Shown here: piece after piece, positions 44,542-53,521 of the stretch
Layout: the number at the start of each line of letters is the position of its first letter
How positions within the stretch are numbered: the first letter of the stretch is position 1
Source of the DNA: Candidatus Lloydbacteria bacterium
Lineage (GTDB): Bacteria > Patescibacteriota > Minisyncoccia > Phycocordibacterales > 21-14-all-47-15
DNA length: 64,000 nucleotides
Assembly (NCBI GenBank): GCA_016214545.1
Contig: JACROH010000001.1
Coordinates: 116,239 to 180,238, forward strand
Reading direction: 5' to 3'
The notes under the pieces: model-generated
What the model was told of the DNA's origin: nothing
What the model saw: the letters and a program-made list of their open reading frames with translations, nothing else
Database searches by the model: none
Made by a program: the position numbers and the translations under genes

Positions 44542-44593
44542 GGTTTTTACCGGAGTAGCTGTTTTGGTTAGCGGTTCCATTCAAATATTTTTT

Positions 44594-44667
44594 GCCGAGG
44601 TAGCTCAGTTGGTTAGAGCATTTGCCTGAAGAGCAAAGGGTCGGCGGTTCGACTCCGCCCCTCGGCA
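44594..44667 (+). tRNA. tRNA-Phe (anticodon GAA)
   Basis: GCCGAGG-TA-GCTCAGTTGGTTAGAGC-A-TTTGC-CTGAAGA-GCAAA-GGGTC-GGCGG-TTCGACT-CCGCC-CCTCGGC-A, then CC. Confidence 0.9.
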
Positions 44668-44725
44668 CCGAACGAAGTAAAACGAAGTGAGGAGACGAGG
44701 GGGCTTTGTGCTGCGCGTAGCGGAC

Positions 44726-44754
44726 ATTGACATCGTTAATATGATGTGCTAAAT
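44726..44754 (+). promoter_or_regulatory. Candidate sigma70 promoter TTGACA-17-TAAATT
   Basis: ttgaca 44726-31, 17-nt spacer, taaatt 44749-54, upstream of the gene starting at 44842. Confidence 0.55.
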
Positions 44755-44841
44755 TAAAAACAGCTAAAAAGTTCTTTGTTGATTCTGCATCATCGGTGCC
44801 ATCATCGAAAAATCGAAAACCCACAACAAAAGGAGATCACA

Positions 44842-45480
44842 ATGTCTAAGGCCGTAGAAAGCGTTCGTCTAATTGCAGTGCAGTTCAGTTTTTCAAACCC
44901 CCGGGCAATTCCGTCAACGATAAGGAGGCTTAATGCCGAAACTGCGGCAGAAAGCGCGAGGAGACGGCTCAAAAATGAGCACGGCGACGGTTATGTTATT
45001 CTCAAACCGACGGAAAATTGCTCGCTCGCGAAGCTTCCTGGTGAACTCAGTACGGCCGGATATACATTGGTAGATGCATTTTACCAAGAACGCCTCAAAT
45101 CCGGGAGATTGTATCATATGGTGCGCTTTCTGTTTTCGCGTGAAAAGCCGGCGATATATGACTCGACAAACATGCAAAGGGCGCTGAATGAGATTGATTT
45201 CAAGGATATGTGCAACAGTGCTTTGTGGCGGGCGCAGGTATTTTCAAATCTTTTCTACGGACACGAAAAGATGCCTACCGGTGAGCGTGTTGTGAATATC
45301 GCTCTCGTGGCGCGGCAGCCGCTCTTTCGCCCTGATGGCACACCGGTAATGGTCTGGCAAAAGGGTGAGGATGGCGAAAGGATTGGAGATAGCCCGCGGC
45401 CATTAAGTGCAGAGTATTATCTCCGCATCAAAGAAGTTGTTGCCGATGTGGCGTTGACGGCCACGGAGAGTGCCGATTAA
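44842..45480 (+). CDS. Hypothetical protein (212 aa)
   Basis: ATG 44842 preceded by aaaggag RBS, within ORF 44776; no known motif; strong terminator downstream. Confidence 0.75.
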   Translation: MSKAVESVRLIAVQFSFSNPRAIPSTIRRLNAETAAESARRRLKNEHGDGYVILKPTENCSLAKLPGELSTAGYTLVDAFYQERLKSGRLYHMVRFLFSREKPAIYDSTNMQRALNEIDFKDMCNSALWRAQVFSNLFYGHEKMPTGERVVNIALVARQPLFRPDGTPVMVWQKGEDGERIGDSPRPLSAEYYLRIKEVVADVALTATESAD

Positions 45481-45496
45481 ACAACAACCCAAAACG

Positions 45497-45530
45497 AAAG
45501 GCCCGAGACATAATCTCGGGCCTTTTTTAT
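45497..45530 (+). terminator. Rho-independent terminator (bidirectional)
   Basis: aaaggcccgagacataatctcgggccttttttat. Confidence 0.8.
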
Positions 45531-45557
45531 GCAGACTCGTTTTTGTTTATGGCGTCT

Positions 45558-46046
45558 TTAGAGTGATTTGACTCTGATTTTTGTCGTCTTTTCTTTATTT
45601 AATTTTGGAAGGCGAATGGTGAGGAGGCCGTGTTTTTCGAGCGCTTCGGAATTATCGACGTCGATTTCTTGCGGCAAAAGAACGGTGCGCGAGAAAGAGC
45701 CCCAATATAATTCTTTGTAAAAATAATTATCGTCTCTTGCGCTACGCGAACCATCGCGCCGGCCTTTGATGGTGACCATGTCGCGGTTGATGGATATGTT
45801 CAAATCTTCCGGTTTTACGCCGGCAACCATCGTTTGTATGATGATGTCTTCAGGGGTCTGGTATACATCGACGGTAAGCTGTCCCTCTCCGTTGTCTTCC
45901 TCAATCCAGCCGCCCGTGTCTTTTTCGCGATCCTTTTTTTCCACAGCTCCTCGTATGTGAAGCTCGCGTTCCTCGAGCTCGTTTTCTGTGCTTGGGTTGA
46001 GGCTGCCGGTGAGTTTTTCAAAAAATGACTTTTTATTTTCAAACAT
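45558..46046 (-). CDS. Hsp20/alpha-crystallin family small heat-shock protein
   Basis: Alpha-crystallin domain: VDVYQTPEDIIIQTMVAGVKPEDLNISINRDMVTIKGRR...FSRTVLLPQEIDVDNSEALEKHGLLTIRLPK. Start at MFENKK within ORF 45558-46079. Confidence 0.9.
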   Translation of the reverse strand: MFENKKSFFEKLTGSLNPSTENELEERELHIRGAVEKKDREKDTGGWIEEDNGEGQLTVDVYQTPEDIIIQTMVAGVKPEDLNISINRDMVTIKGRRDGSRSARDDNYFYKELYWGSFSRTVLLPQEIDVDNSEALEKHGLLTIRLPKLNKEKTTKIRVKSL

Positions 46047-46177
46047 AATTATTTTTAGTGAATAAGAAATAAAAAACAACGCCGTGCGGCCGTCCTTTTC
46101 TTATCCTAATATGCTCCTAGTATAACACGGCTGTTCTGATGTAAACAACCGAATCTGTGCATAAAAGCGGCGTATCT

Positions 46178-46876
46178 TTATTCGTTGTTTGCCGGCTTTA
46201 TTTTTTTTACTTTTTCAAATAAATATAAGAGAAGGATAATGCCCGACCACAGCACGGAAAGAATAATAAAAGTGCTTTTATTTTGAGTTTGCAGAATAAA
46301 ATAATTAAAGGCGGCGTGCACGGCAATTGCAACCGCGATTCCCAGAACAGTGGCGATAATTTTTATTGCTCGGCGTTTGTAGAAGACAAGGCCCAATGCA
46401 ATGCCGATGGAACCCGATGCTACCACATGAAGAAGAGTCGCACCGAGGAAACGCAGATTCCCGGTAATTAGCCCTCCCATGAATTCGCCGTTATTGAATG
46501 AGGCCAACATAAAGAGTACATTCTCCAAAGCCGAAAAACCAAGCGCAACGGTGATGAAGTATATGGGCGCATCAACCGGCTCGTCGAAGAATCGGGTTCG
46601 CAAGTCGGCATAGACGGTGACCGCATACTTTACGATTTCTTCTATGAATGCCCATGCCAAGATAAGTAGCAATCCTCCGCTAAGCCGTGCATAGGCGAAT
46701 TGCTCTAAAGGAAAGACCAGAACGACGCTTGCCATGCCGGCAATGAAAGAAAAGAGGATGAGCCCGCGTGGCTCCGGACGCGCGGCATCTTCTTTTAGCC
46801 AAAACCATAACCACAAAAGCGCCGGAAGAATGCCTCCTATGAGCGCATAAAAAAGAATTTGCGGAGAGAAGGTCAT
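46178..46876 (-). CDS. PrsW-family intramembrane protease
   Basis: Multi-TM protein with FIEEIVKYA (EExxK), FSALENVLF and LLHVVASG motifs typical of PrsW/CPBP-type glutamic proteases. Confidence 0.8.
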   Translation of the reverse strand: MTFSPQILFYALIGGILPALLWLWFWLKEDAARPEPRGLILFSFIAGMASVVLVFPLEQFAYARLSGGLLLILAWAFIEEIVKYAVTVYADLRTRFFDEPVDAPIYFITVALGFSALENVLFMLASFNNGEFMGGLITGNLRFLGATLLHVVASGSIGIALGLVFYKRRAIKIIATVLGIAVAIAVHAAFNYFILQTQNKSTFIILSVLWSGIILLLYLFEKVKKIKPANNE

Positions 46877-49074
46877 GATGTAATCGGTTTGGTGTCAGGC
46901 CACGGTGCGGCAATCAAAAGATTTTTTGTGCCCGGCATAACCGACCAGACGGCTTCGGTCACAAACGGCGCAAAAGGATGCAGCATGATTATGCAGTCGG
47001 TAAAAATATAGAGGAGCGTGTATTGTGCGGAGATTTTATCTTGCCCGTTCGCATCGTCTTTAAGCCGCGGTTTTGTTTGTTCGATAATAACATCGGCGAA
47101 AGTATGCCAAAAATAATGATACAGTTTTTCTGATGCGAGATGCAGGCGGTATGCTTCAATGTCCGCGGTGATTTCTTTGGTGAATGTTTCAAATTCTGAA
47201 AGGGTGCGCGCGTCTATTTCGGAAAGGGCAGGGGCGGCGTTGATTGACATACTATTTGTGTTTGATAATACGAAACGCGCGGCGTTCCAGATTTTATTTG
47301 CAAAATGTTTATAGCCGCGGATTTTATCTTCCGAAAGGCTGATGTCGTTGCCCGCCGGCGCGCCTATTAAAAGCGAAAGACGCGTCGCATCGGCGCCGTA
47401 TTTTTCAATCATATCAAGCGGGTTAATGGTGTTGCCGAGCGATTTGCTCATTTTGCGGCCTTTTGCATCGCGCACGAGCCCGTGCAGATAGACCGTCTTG
47501 AACGGAACGTCGCCGAGGAGGTATCCGGACATAAGAATCATTCGCGCAACCCAAAAGAAAATAATATCGTATCCGGTTTCAAGGAGGCTGGTGGGATGAA
47601 ACATTTTAAAATCAGCATTTTCTGTATCAGGCCAGCCAAGCGTTGAAAAGGTCCACAAGCCCGACGAAAACCAAGTATCGAGCGTATCGGGGTCTTGAGT
47701 CCATCCGCTTTCTTTGGGGGTTTCTCCGGCGTGGATCTGGCTATCTTTATACCAAACCGGAATCCGATGTCCGTACCAAATTTGGCGCGAGACGCACCAG
47801 TCATGCAGGTTGTTTATCCAATTAAAATAAATTTTTTCGAATCTATCGGGGATAATTTGTATTTGTTTGCTTTCCACCACGTGCCGCATGAGGCGCTTTA
47901 AAGTGGTGGTGGCGCCGGAAGAGATGCCTTCAATCGAGGAGCGGGGAAGCGTAAATTCTTTATCTACCGCGACAAACCACTGCTTTTTTATTTGCGGTTC
48001 AATGACTCCTCCGCCGCGGCTGTTTATCGCAATATTATGAACATACTTTTCATCCACTTTTTCAAGCAAGCCTTTTTCTTTTAATTTTTCCACGATAAGG
48101 GGGCGCGCTTTTTTGATGTGCTGTCCCGCGAATTCCCCGGCAACGGGCAGAAGGATACCGCGCTCGTCGATGATTTGTTCTTTATCGAGGTCGTGTCGTT
48201 CCGCAATCTCAAAATCAGTCGTATCATGCCATGGGGTAATGGTCATAACGCCGGTACCGAATGTCATATCAATCGCGCTGTCTTTGACTATCGTGGCCGT
48301 GATCGGACCATTTATCCATTCAAGCTCTATTTTTTGGCCGTCTTTGTATTTGGCATATCGCGCGTCATCGGGATGCATGACGACGTATTTGTCTCCGAAT
48401 TTTGTTTCAGGACGTGATGTGCCGATAGTAAACGGACCATAGGTAAGATAATAGAAGGGCGCGGTTTCTTCCTGCCACTCGATTTCATCATCAGAGACGG
48501 TGGTTTGCAGTTTTGGGTCCCAGTTGACGATGCGTGCGCCGCGGTAAATGAGACCGTCGTCGTACATTTTTTTAAACGCGGTGTTGACCGCGCGGCCGCG
48601 CTTCTCGTCAAGCGTGAAGGCTTCGCGGGACCAGTCAACCGATGCCCCCATTTTTTTTATTTGATTTACAATCGTGTCGTGGCTTTCTTGCGCAAATGTT
48701 TCCACTTGTTTTAAAAATACTTCGCGCTCGAAATCATGCCGCGTTTTCTTTTCTTTTTTATAGATATCGGCTTCCACACGGGATTGGGTGGCGATGGCCG
48801 CATGGTCGGTGCCCGGAACCCAAAGCGTTTTGTGGCCCCGCATGCGCTTGTAGCGGACAATACTGTCCTCAATGGCGAGCATGGCCGCGTGCCCTATGTG
48901 AAGGGTGCCGGTTACATTTGGCGGAGGCAGCACTATTGAAAAACGCGGACCGTCTTCGCTGCCGGTTTTTTCCGGCGTAAAAAAGCCGCTTTTTTGCCAT
49001 GTTTCATACAGGGCGTCCTCGTGCTCTTTGGGGTTGTAGGGCTTAAGCAATCGTTCGTCCATAACGTCTTTCAT
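46873..49074 (-). CDS. valS: Valine--tRNA ligase (compact form)
   Basis: PPPNVTGTLHIGHA HIGH motif, KMSKSLGN, editing-domain and anticodon-binding regions present. Confidence 0.95.
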   Translation of the reverse strand: MKDVMDERLLKPYNPKEHEDALYETWQKSGFFTPEKTGSEDGPRFSIVLPPPNVTGTLHIGHAAMLAIEDSIVRYKRMRGHKTLWVPGTDHAAIATQSRVEADIYKKEKKTRHDFEREVFLKQVETFAQESHDTIVNQIKKMGASVDWSREAFTLDEKRGRAVNTAFKKMYDDGLIYRGARIVNWDPKLQTTVSDDEIEWQEETAPFYYLTYGPFTIGTSRPETKFGDKYVVMHPDDARYAKYKDGQKIELEWINGPITATIVKDSAIDMTFGTGVMTITPWHDTTDFEIAERHDLDKEQIIDERGILLPVAGEFAGQHIKKARPLIVEKLKEKGLLEKVDEKYVHNIAINSRGGGVIEPQIKKQWFVAVDKEFTLPRSSIEGISSGATTTLKRLMRHVVESKQIQIIPDRFEKIYFNWINNLHDWCVSRQIWYGHRIPVWYKDSQIHAGETPKESGWTQDPDTLDTWFSSGLWTFSTLGWPDTENADFKMFHPTSLLETGYDIIFFWVARMILMSGYLLGDVPFKTVYLHGLVRDAKGRKMSKSLGNTINPLDMIEKYGADATRLSLLIGAPAGNDISLSEDKIRGYKHFANKIWNAARFVLSNTNSMSINAAPALSEIDARTLSEFETFTKEITADIEAYRLHLASEKLYHYFWHTFADVIIEQTKPRLKDDANGQDKISAQYTLLYIFTDCIIMLHPFAPFVTEAVWSVMPGTKNLLIAAPWPDTKPITS

Positions 49075-49178
49075 ATTAACACGATTTGCGTTCTATAAAA
49101 AATGAGGTATCTTTATCACAGATTCACGATGGGTGCCGTATCAAGCAGCGCTTAGTCCCTTACTTAAAGGAGGATGTC

Positions 49179-49403
49179 GTGGAAAGACAGGAGACCCCGC
49201 AAGAAATGTATGAAAGAATGAGAAGAGAAAGAAAAGAGAGGGAAAAACCGGCGGAAGACAAAAAAGATATTTTTATGATTATGTTTATTTCTTTGGCTAT
49301 CATCGGCCTTCTGGTTATTGCCGTCATGGGTTCTAAAAAAGAGCCGCCAAAAGAATTCGGGCTAATCAAAAGTATGATGAAGCAGAATAACGGGGCGAAA
49401 TAA
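49179..49403 (+). CDS. Small hypothetical membrane protein (74 aa); GTG start
   Basis: aaggagg RBS 5 nt upstream of GTG 49179; single TM IFMIMFISLAIIGLLVIAVMG. Confidence 0.4.
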   Translation: MERQETPQEMYERMRRERKEREKPAEDKKDIFMIMFISLAIIGLLVIAVMGSKKEPPKEFGLIKSMMKQNNGAK

Positions 49404-49412
49404 AATTTGTAT

Positions 49413-50648
49413 TTATGTCCGCGGTAGAAATATCGCGGGCATTTTTTGTGCATCGATTCGCACGTTCCCGAGGGCTTTCAGTGCTGAAAGTTTTTTTGTT
49501 TTTACGCGCATTTTTTTTGCCGCCGGCTTTTTTTTGAAATAGGCGGCGAGCGCGATCATCGCGGCATTGTCGCCGGTGAATGAAGAGTCGGGGAGCCTCA
49601 GGGTGATATTTTCTGCATGGCGCGCCGTTGCTTCTTCAAGCGTCTTTCTGATTGCCGTATTTGCCGAAACGCCGCCGCCGACTAGGAGCATCCGCGGCGA
49701 GTGTTCCGATATTGCTCGCATTGTTTTTGAAACAATCACTTCTGCCGCCGCCGACTCAAATTCGTGGCAAATTTCCGCGATGAGCCCCCCAGTCAGCGGG
49801 ACTTTTTTCTTTTGTAAATCATCAAGCAAATATCTGACCGCTGTTTTGAGTCCCGAAAATGAAAAATTGCAATCATCGGAATGAAGCATCGGGCGCGGAA
49901 GAGAAATGCCCAATTTTTTTCCGCTTGGGTCAAACATTCCTGCGCGCTTTGAAACTTCCGGTCCGCCCGGATAGGGGAGCGAGAGCATGCGAGCCGCCTT
50001 ATCAAATGCTTCGCCCACCGCATCGTCTCGCGTCTGACCGATGACGCGATAGGTATCCCACCGCTTCATCAACACAAGCTCGGTGTGGCCTCCTGAAATG
50101 AGGAGCGCAAGAACGGGAAAGGGAAGGCTCGGAACGCGGAAAGTATCGCCCCGCATGAAAGGAGAAAACAAATGACCTTCCATATGGTTTACCGGAATGA
50201 TGGGGATGTTCCACGCGAGGGAAAGAGCTTTTGCAAAATTGATGCCGACCCAGAGCGCCGGTTCAAGCCCCGGACCGTAGGTGACCGCGATGGCGTCGAT
50301 GGCGGGTTTTTTGATGTTTGGTATTTCTTTTAAAAACGGCTCAAGCAACCCCGGTTCTTTTTCAAACAGCTTCTCCGCAAAAGAAAAATTTTGTTTGTGT
50401 GGCACCGGTTTCTTTTTTGAAAACAGACGGGCTTTTTTGAGCGCGGCAACAAGAAGTGGCACGAGATTTTTTGCATGCTCGCGCTTTGCGAGCGACGGGA
50501 ACACGCCGCCATACGGCGCATGAATTTCGATTTGCGAATGCACCATGTTTGCCAATATGCGCGCTTTGGTGCTCTTGCCAACAGCCGCAATATCAAGAAT
50601 CGCGATAGCGGTTTCATCACAGCTTGTTTCTATGGCTAAAATTTTCAT
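49413..50648 (-). CDS. tsaD: tRNA N6-adenosine threonylcarbamoyltransferase TsaD (Kae1/Gcp family) with short insertions
   Basis: MKILAIETSCDETAIAILD N-terminus; HMEGHLFSPFM; GGGVSAN near the C-terminus. Confidence 0.9.
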   Translation of the reverse strand: MKILAIETSCDETAIAILDIAAVGKSTKARILANMVHSQIEIHAPYGGVFPSLAKREHAKNLVPLLVAALKKARLFSKKKPVPHKQNFSFAEKLFEKEPGLLEPFLKEIPNIKKPAIDAIAVTYGPGLEPALWVGINFAKALSLAWNIPIIPVNHMEGHLFSPFMRGDTFRVPSLPFPVLALLISGGHTELVLMKRWDTYRVIGQTRDDAVGEAFDKAARMLSLPYPGGPEVSKRAGMFDPSGKKLGISLPRPMLHSDDCNFSFSGLKTAVRYLLDDLQKKKVPLTGGLIAEICHEFESAAAEVIVSKTMRAISEHSPRMLLVGGGVSANTAIRKTLEEATARHAENITLRLPDSSFTGDNAAMIALAAYFKKKPAAKKMRVKTKKLSALKALGNVRIDAQKMPAIFLPRT

Positions 50649-50660
50649 TTTTTTGTGGGG

Positions 50661-51911
50661 TTATGTCTTGTGGCGGGCGCGGTGCGGTTTTTGGGGAATA
50701 AGCGCAAACGAAAGTCCGCTATGCGAATGATGTTCCCGCATCTTTATTTGATACACTGCCCAGATGATAAGTATCGGAATAGCGCCGATAATAATAGTCA
50801 TTGAGGGGCCGACCAATCCGTAAGCGATACCCGCAAAAACCGGACCGATTGCCCAGCCCAAATCCTGAAAGAAACCGATGACGCCCGCAATTACACCGTC
50901 GCTCGCATGCTCTCGGTCGAGCGAATGAAGCCACGACCAAAGCGAAAGCCCGGCCATTTCGTCGCCGGTCGTCGCCAAAAATCCAAAGAGAAGAAAGAGC
51001 CACCCGAAGTTTAACCCAAGAAGCATGCCCGAGATTGAAAAAATCAGAAGTCCAAAAAATACGAGAGTGCGCTTATTTGCTTTGTCGGCAAGACTGCCTA
51101 ATAAAAATCCCAAAGCGACGACCGCGAAGTCAAAAATACCGAGCCCTAACCCAAGGAGCTTTGCATCGGCTTGGTGTGCGATGACTAAGGGCACCACAAA
51201 CCAAATGACGCCGTAGAATATCGAGCCGGCGAGGTCGAGCATGATGAGCATGCTGCTTGCCGGGTTAAGCCGCCTCATCGCTTGGATGGTCGTGTGAATA
51301 AAATGTCGGCGGATGTAGTGGTGTTGCGTTGGAAGTTTTGTTTCTGCGTGTACGGATACTCGGTCTTTCGGGCTGAAAAAAAGCGCAATGAAAGAAACAA
51401 ACAGGAACGCGAATATGACGTAGCCCATGTAGCTATAATGCGGAGCAAACAAAAGCACAAACGGCAGCGCCGCGCTTCCCAACATCATGCCGATTGAGCC
51501 GGCGACATCCCGCAAAGAAATAAATTTTCCGGCGGATTCTTTCGGTGCGTGCGAGAGGATATATGCGTTGACGCCGGAGCCGTAAAAAAGCCATCCAAAA
51601 ATACTAAAAAAAATACTCAAGAAATAGGTGTTGATGGTGAGTCCGTAGCTGATGCATAATGCGGCAACGAGAAAAAGAAACGTAGTAATTTTGAGAAACC
51701 GCAAATAGCCGTAGCGGTCAAGCAGGTGCCCTGCGGGCACATCAAGCAAAAGCTGCACCAAAGAACTGCCTCCCATGAGGATGCCCACAAGCCATAGTGG
51801 TAAGAATTTTTCTCCTAACGGCGAAATGAGCGAATAATGCAGCCCGCCTCCGAATTTGAAAAAGATTAAAAAAATCCAAAACGGAAAAAATTTCCAAAAA
51901 ATTTGTTTCAT
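50661..51911 (-). CDS. MFS transporter
   Basis: 416 aa, ~12 TM helices, typical MFS loop motifs (LLDRYGYLRFLK). Confidence 0.85.
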   Translation of the reverse strand: MKQIFWKFFPFWIFLIFFKFGGGLHYSLISPLGEKFLPLWLVGILMGGSSLVQLLLDVPAGHLLDRYGYLRFLKITTFLFLVAALCISYGLTINTYFLSIFFSIFGWLFYGSGVNAYILSHAPKESAGKFISLRDVAGSIGMMLGSAALPFVLLFAPHYSYMGYVIFAFLFVSFIALFFSPKDRVSVHAETKLPTQHHYIRRHFIHTTIQAMRRLNPASSMLIMLDLAGSIFYGVIWFVVPLVIAHQADAKLLGLGLGIFDFAVVALGFLLGSLADKANKRTLVFFGLLIFSISGMLLGLNFGWLFLLFGFLATTGDEMAGLSLWSWLHSLDREHASDGVIAGVIGFFQDLGWAIGPVFAGIAYGLVGPSMTIIIGAIPILIIWAVYQIKMREHHSHSGLSFALIPQKPHRARHKT

Positions 51912-51921
51912 ATTGAATCAG

Positions 51922-51994
51922 TGGGCGATACAGGATTCGAACCTGTGGCCTTTCGCACGTCAAGCGAACGCTCTACCAACTGAGCTAACCGCCC
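51922..51994 (-). tRNA. tRNA-Val (anticodon GAC)
   Basis: Reverse complement GGGCGGT-TA-GCTC-AGTTGGTAG-AGC-G-TTCGC-TTGACGT-GCGAA-AGGCC-ACAGG-TTCGAAT-CCTGT-ATCGCCC-A. Confidence 0.85.
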
Positions 51995-52148
51995 GTCATT
52001 GTAATTATAGATTATTACGGATATTTTTGTGTATTGTTTCGACTTTATCTACCAAAACAACTAACCGCCCCTTTATTTTTACGACTTGTCTGGCAGGACA
52101 GCCAATTGCCCTCGCACGAGATTACTATACTATCACATTAGCCGATTT

Positions 52149-52781
52149 TCAATTTCGTTCTTTGGGCTGGTCGGGTTGAGAGCGGGAGCGCCGATATTGC
52201 CGATAGAGCCAATATCCGCAATAAGCAATTATGCCCAAGGCTATAAATATGTCGACGCTTTCGCTGTATTTTTTTATTTCCCCCCAATTGCTTCCGAGCA
52301 CATATCCCACATACGCCAAAAAAGAATTCCACATGCTGGCGCCAATGGTCGTGTAGAGGGTGAAGCGCATCAAAGGCATTTCGCCGATGCCGGCCGGTAT
52401 GGAAATCAAATGTCTCACGACGGGGATAAACCGGCTGATGAAAATGGCCTTATTCCCGAATCGATTAAAAAAAAGTTCCGTCATCAGCAGATGTTTTTCA
52501 TTGAGAAAAAAATAATTTCCATAACGGAGAATGAACGCTCTGCCGCCGTAGAACCCGATGGCATACGACGCGAGCGATCCTGCGATGCTGCCGGCCGTGC
52601 CTGCCAAAACGATAGGCCAAAAAGACATGCCGCCGGAAAACCACAAAAAGCCTGCGAACGGCATCACGGCCTCGCTCGGGACGGGGAAAATCATACTCTC
52701 GAGAATCATGAGAAAAAAAATTCCCATGTATCCGCCCGCGTTTATGGTAGAAACAAAAAAGTTGAGGAGGTATTCGGTCAT
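52149..52781 (-). CDS. DedA-family (VTT/SNARE-associated domain) membrane protein
   Basis: GYMGIFFLMILESMIFPVPSEAVMPFAGFL...GSIAGSLASYAIGFYGGRAFI. Confidence 0.85.
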   Translation of the reverse strand: MTEYLLNFFVSTINAGGYMGIFFLMILESMIFPVPSEAVMPFAGFLWFSGGMSFWPIVLAGTAGSIAGSLASYAIGFYGGRAFILRYGNYFFLNEKHLLMTELFFNRFGNKAIFISRFIPVVRHLISIPAGIGEMPLMRFTLYTTIGASMWNSFLAYVGYVLGSNWGEIKKYSESVDIFIALGIIAYCGYWLYRQYRRSRSQPDQPKERN

Positions 52782-52783
52782 GG

Positions 52784-53131
52784 TTAAGCGCTTGCTTCCG
52801 AGCCGGCTTCTTTTTTCGTTTGTTTAATTGCTTGGCGCAATTCCATTTCAGGATGTTTGAGGATTGCGCGTACTACGTCTTTAATGTCGGCGCTGTCCAC
52901 CATCTTTTTTCCGTCTTCGCTCCAAAACGGAATTTTGTCCCACGCGTGGACACGCGTGCGTCCCGTTTCTTTTCCTGTTTCGTCGAAGCGGGGGATTTCA
53001 AAAAATTCACCGGTATATTCAATGCCAAATTCTTTGGCGATATTTTCTCCCCATTCTTGCCGAGCGCGCTGTTCCGCGCGGTTTCGTTCGTCCTCGGCGC
53101 TCACTCTCGGGGCTTGTTCGTGATTTTTCAT
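52784..53131 (-). CDS. Hypothetical protein (115 aa)
   Basis: ORF immediately upstream of the dedA-like gene on the same strand; charged, no TM. Confidence 0.6.
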   Translation of the reverse strand: MKNHEQAPRVSAEDERNRAEQRARQEWGENIAKEFGIEYTGEFFEIPRFDETGKETGRTRVHAWDKIPFWSEDGKKMVDSADIKDVVRAILKHPEMELRQAIKQTKKEAGSEASA

Positions 53132-53264
53132 ATACCTCTTTTATACACGCCTTTCCGGCAAACAACAAGGTATTTCTCGCCAGCCTCTGGGGCTTTTGCC
53201 AAGAGGACGAAGTGGATAAAATCGCTTCTCTTGGCAAAAATGAAAGTGGTATAATAGATACATT

Positions 53265-53510
53265 ATGAAACAATCAACAATCGTTATTTTGGTTGTCGTT
53301 TTTATCGCTCTGGCCGCTTGGCTTTTTGTGAGCAAAAAACAGGCAATCGCACCCGAAGCTCTGAAAGACGCCTCATTGGGCGGAGCGCTTTCGGAGGGAA
53401 CAGGAGTGGGAGGCACGCAGCCGCTCGAGAAATTACCAAACGTGAATCCATTTAATTCGGTCGAAACGAATCCGTATAAACAAGGATATACCAATCCTTT
53501 TGCTCGATAA
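53265..53510 (+). CDS. Small secreted/membrane-anchored hypothetical protein
   Basis: MKQSTIVILVVVFIALAAWLFVS signal/anchor, then short soluble tail. Confidence 0.55.
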   Translation: MKQSTIVILVVVFIALAAWLFVSKKQAIAPEALKDASLGGALSEGTGVGGTQPLEKLPNVNPFNSVETNPYKQGYTNPFAR

Positions 53511-53521
53511 TAGATATTAGT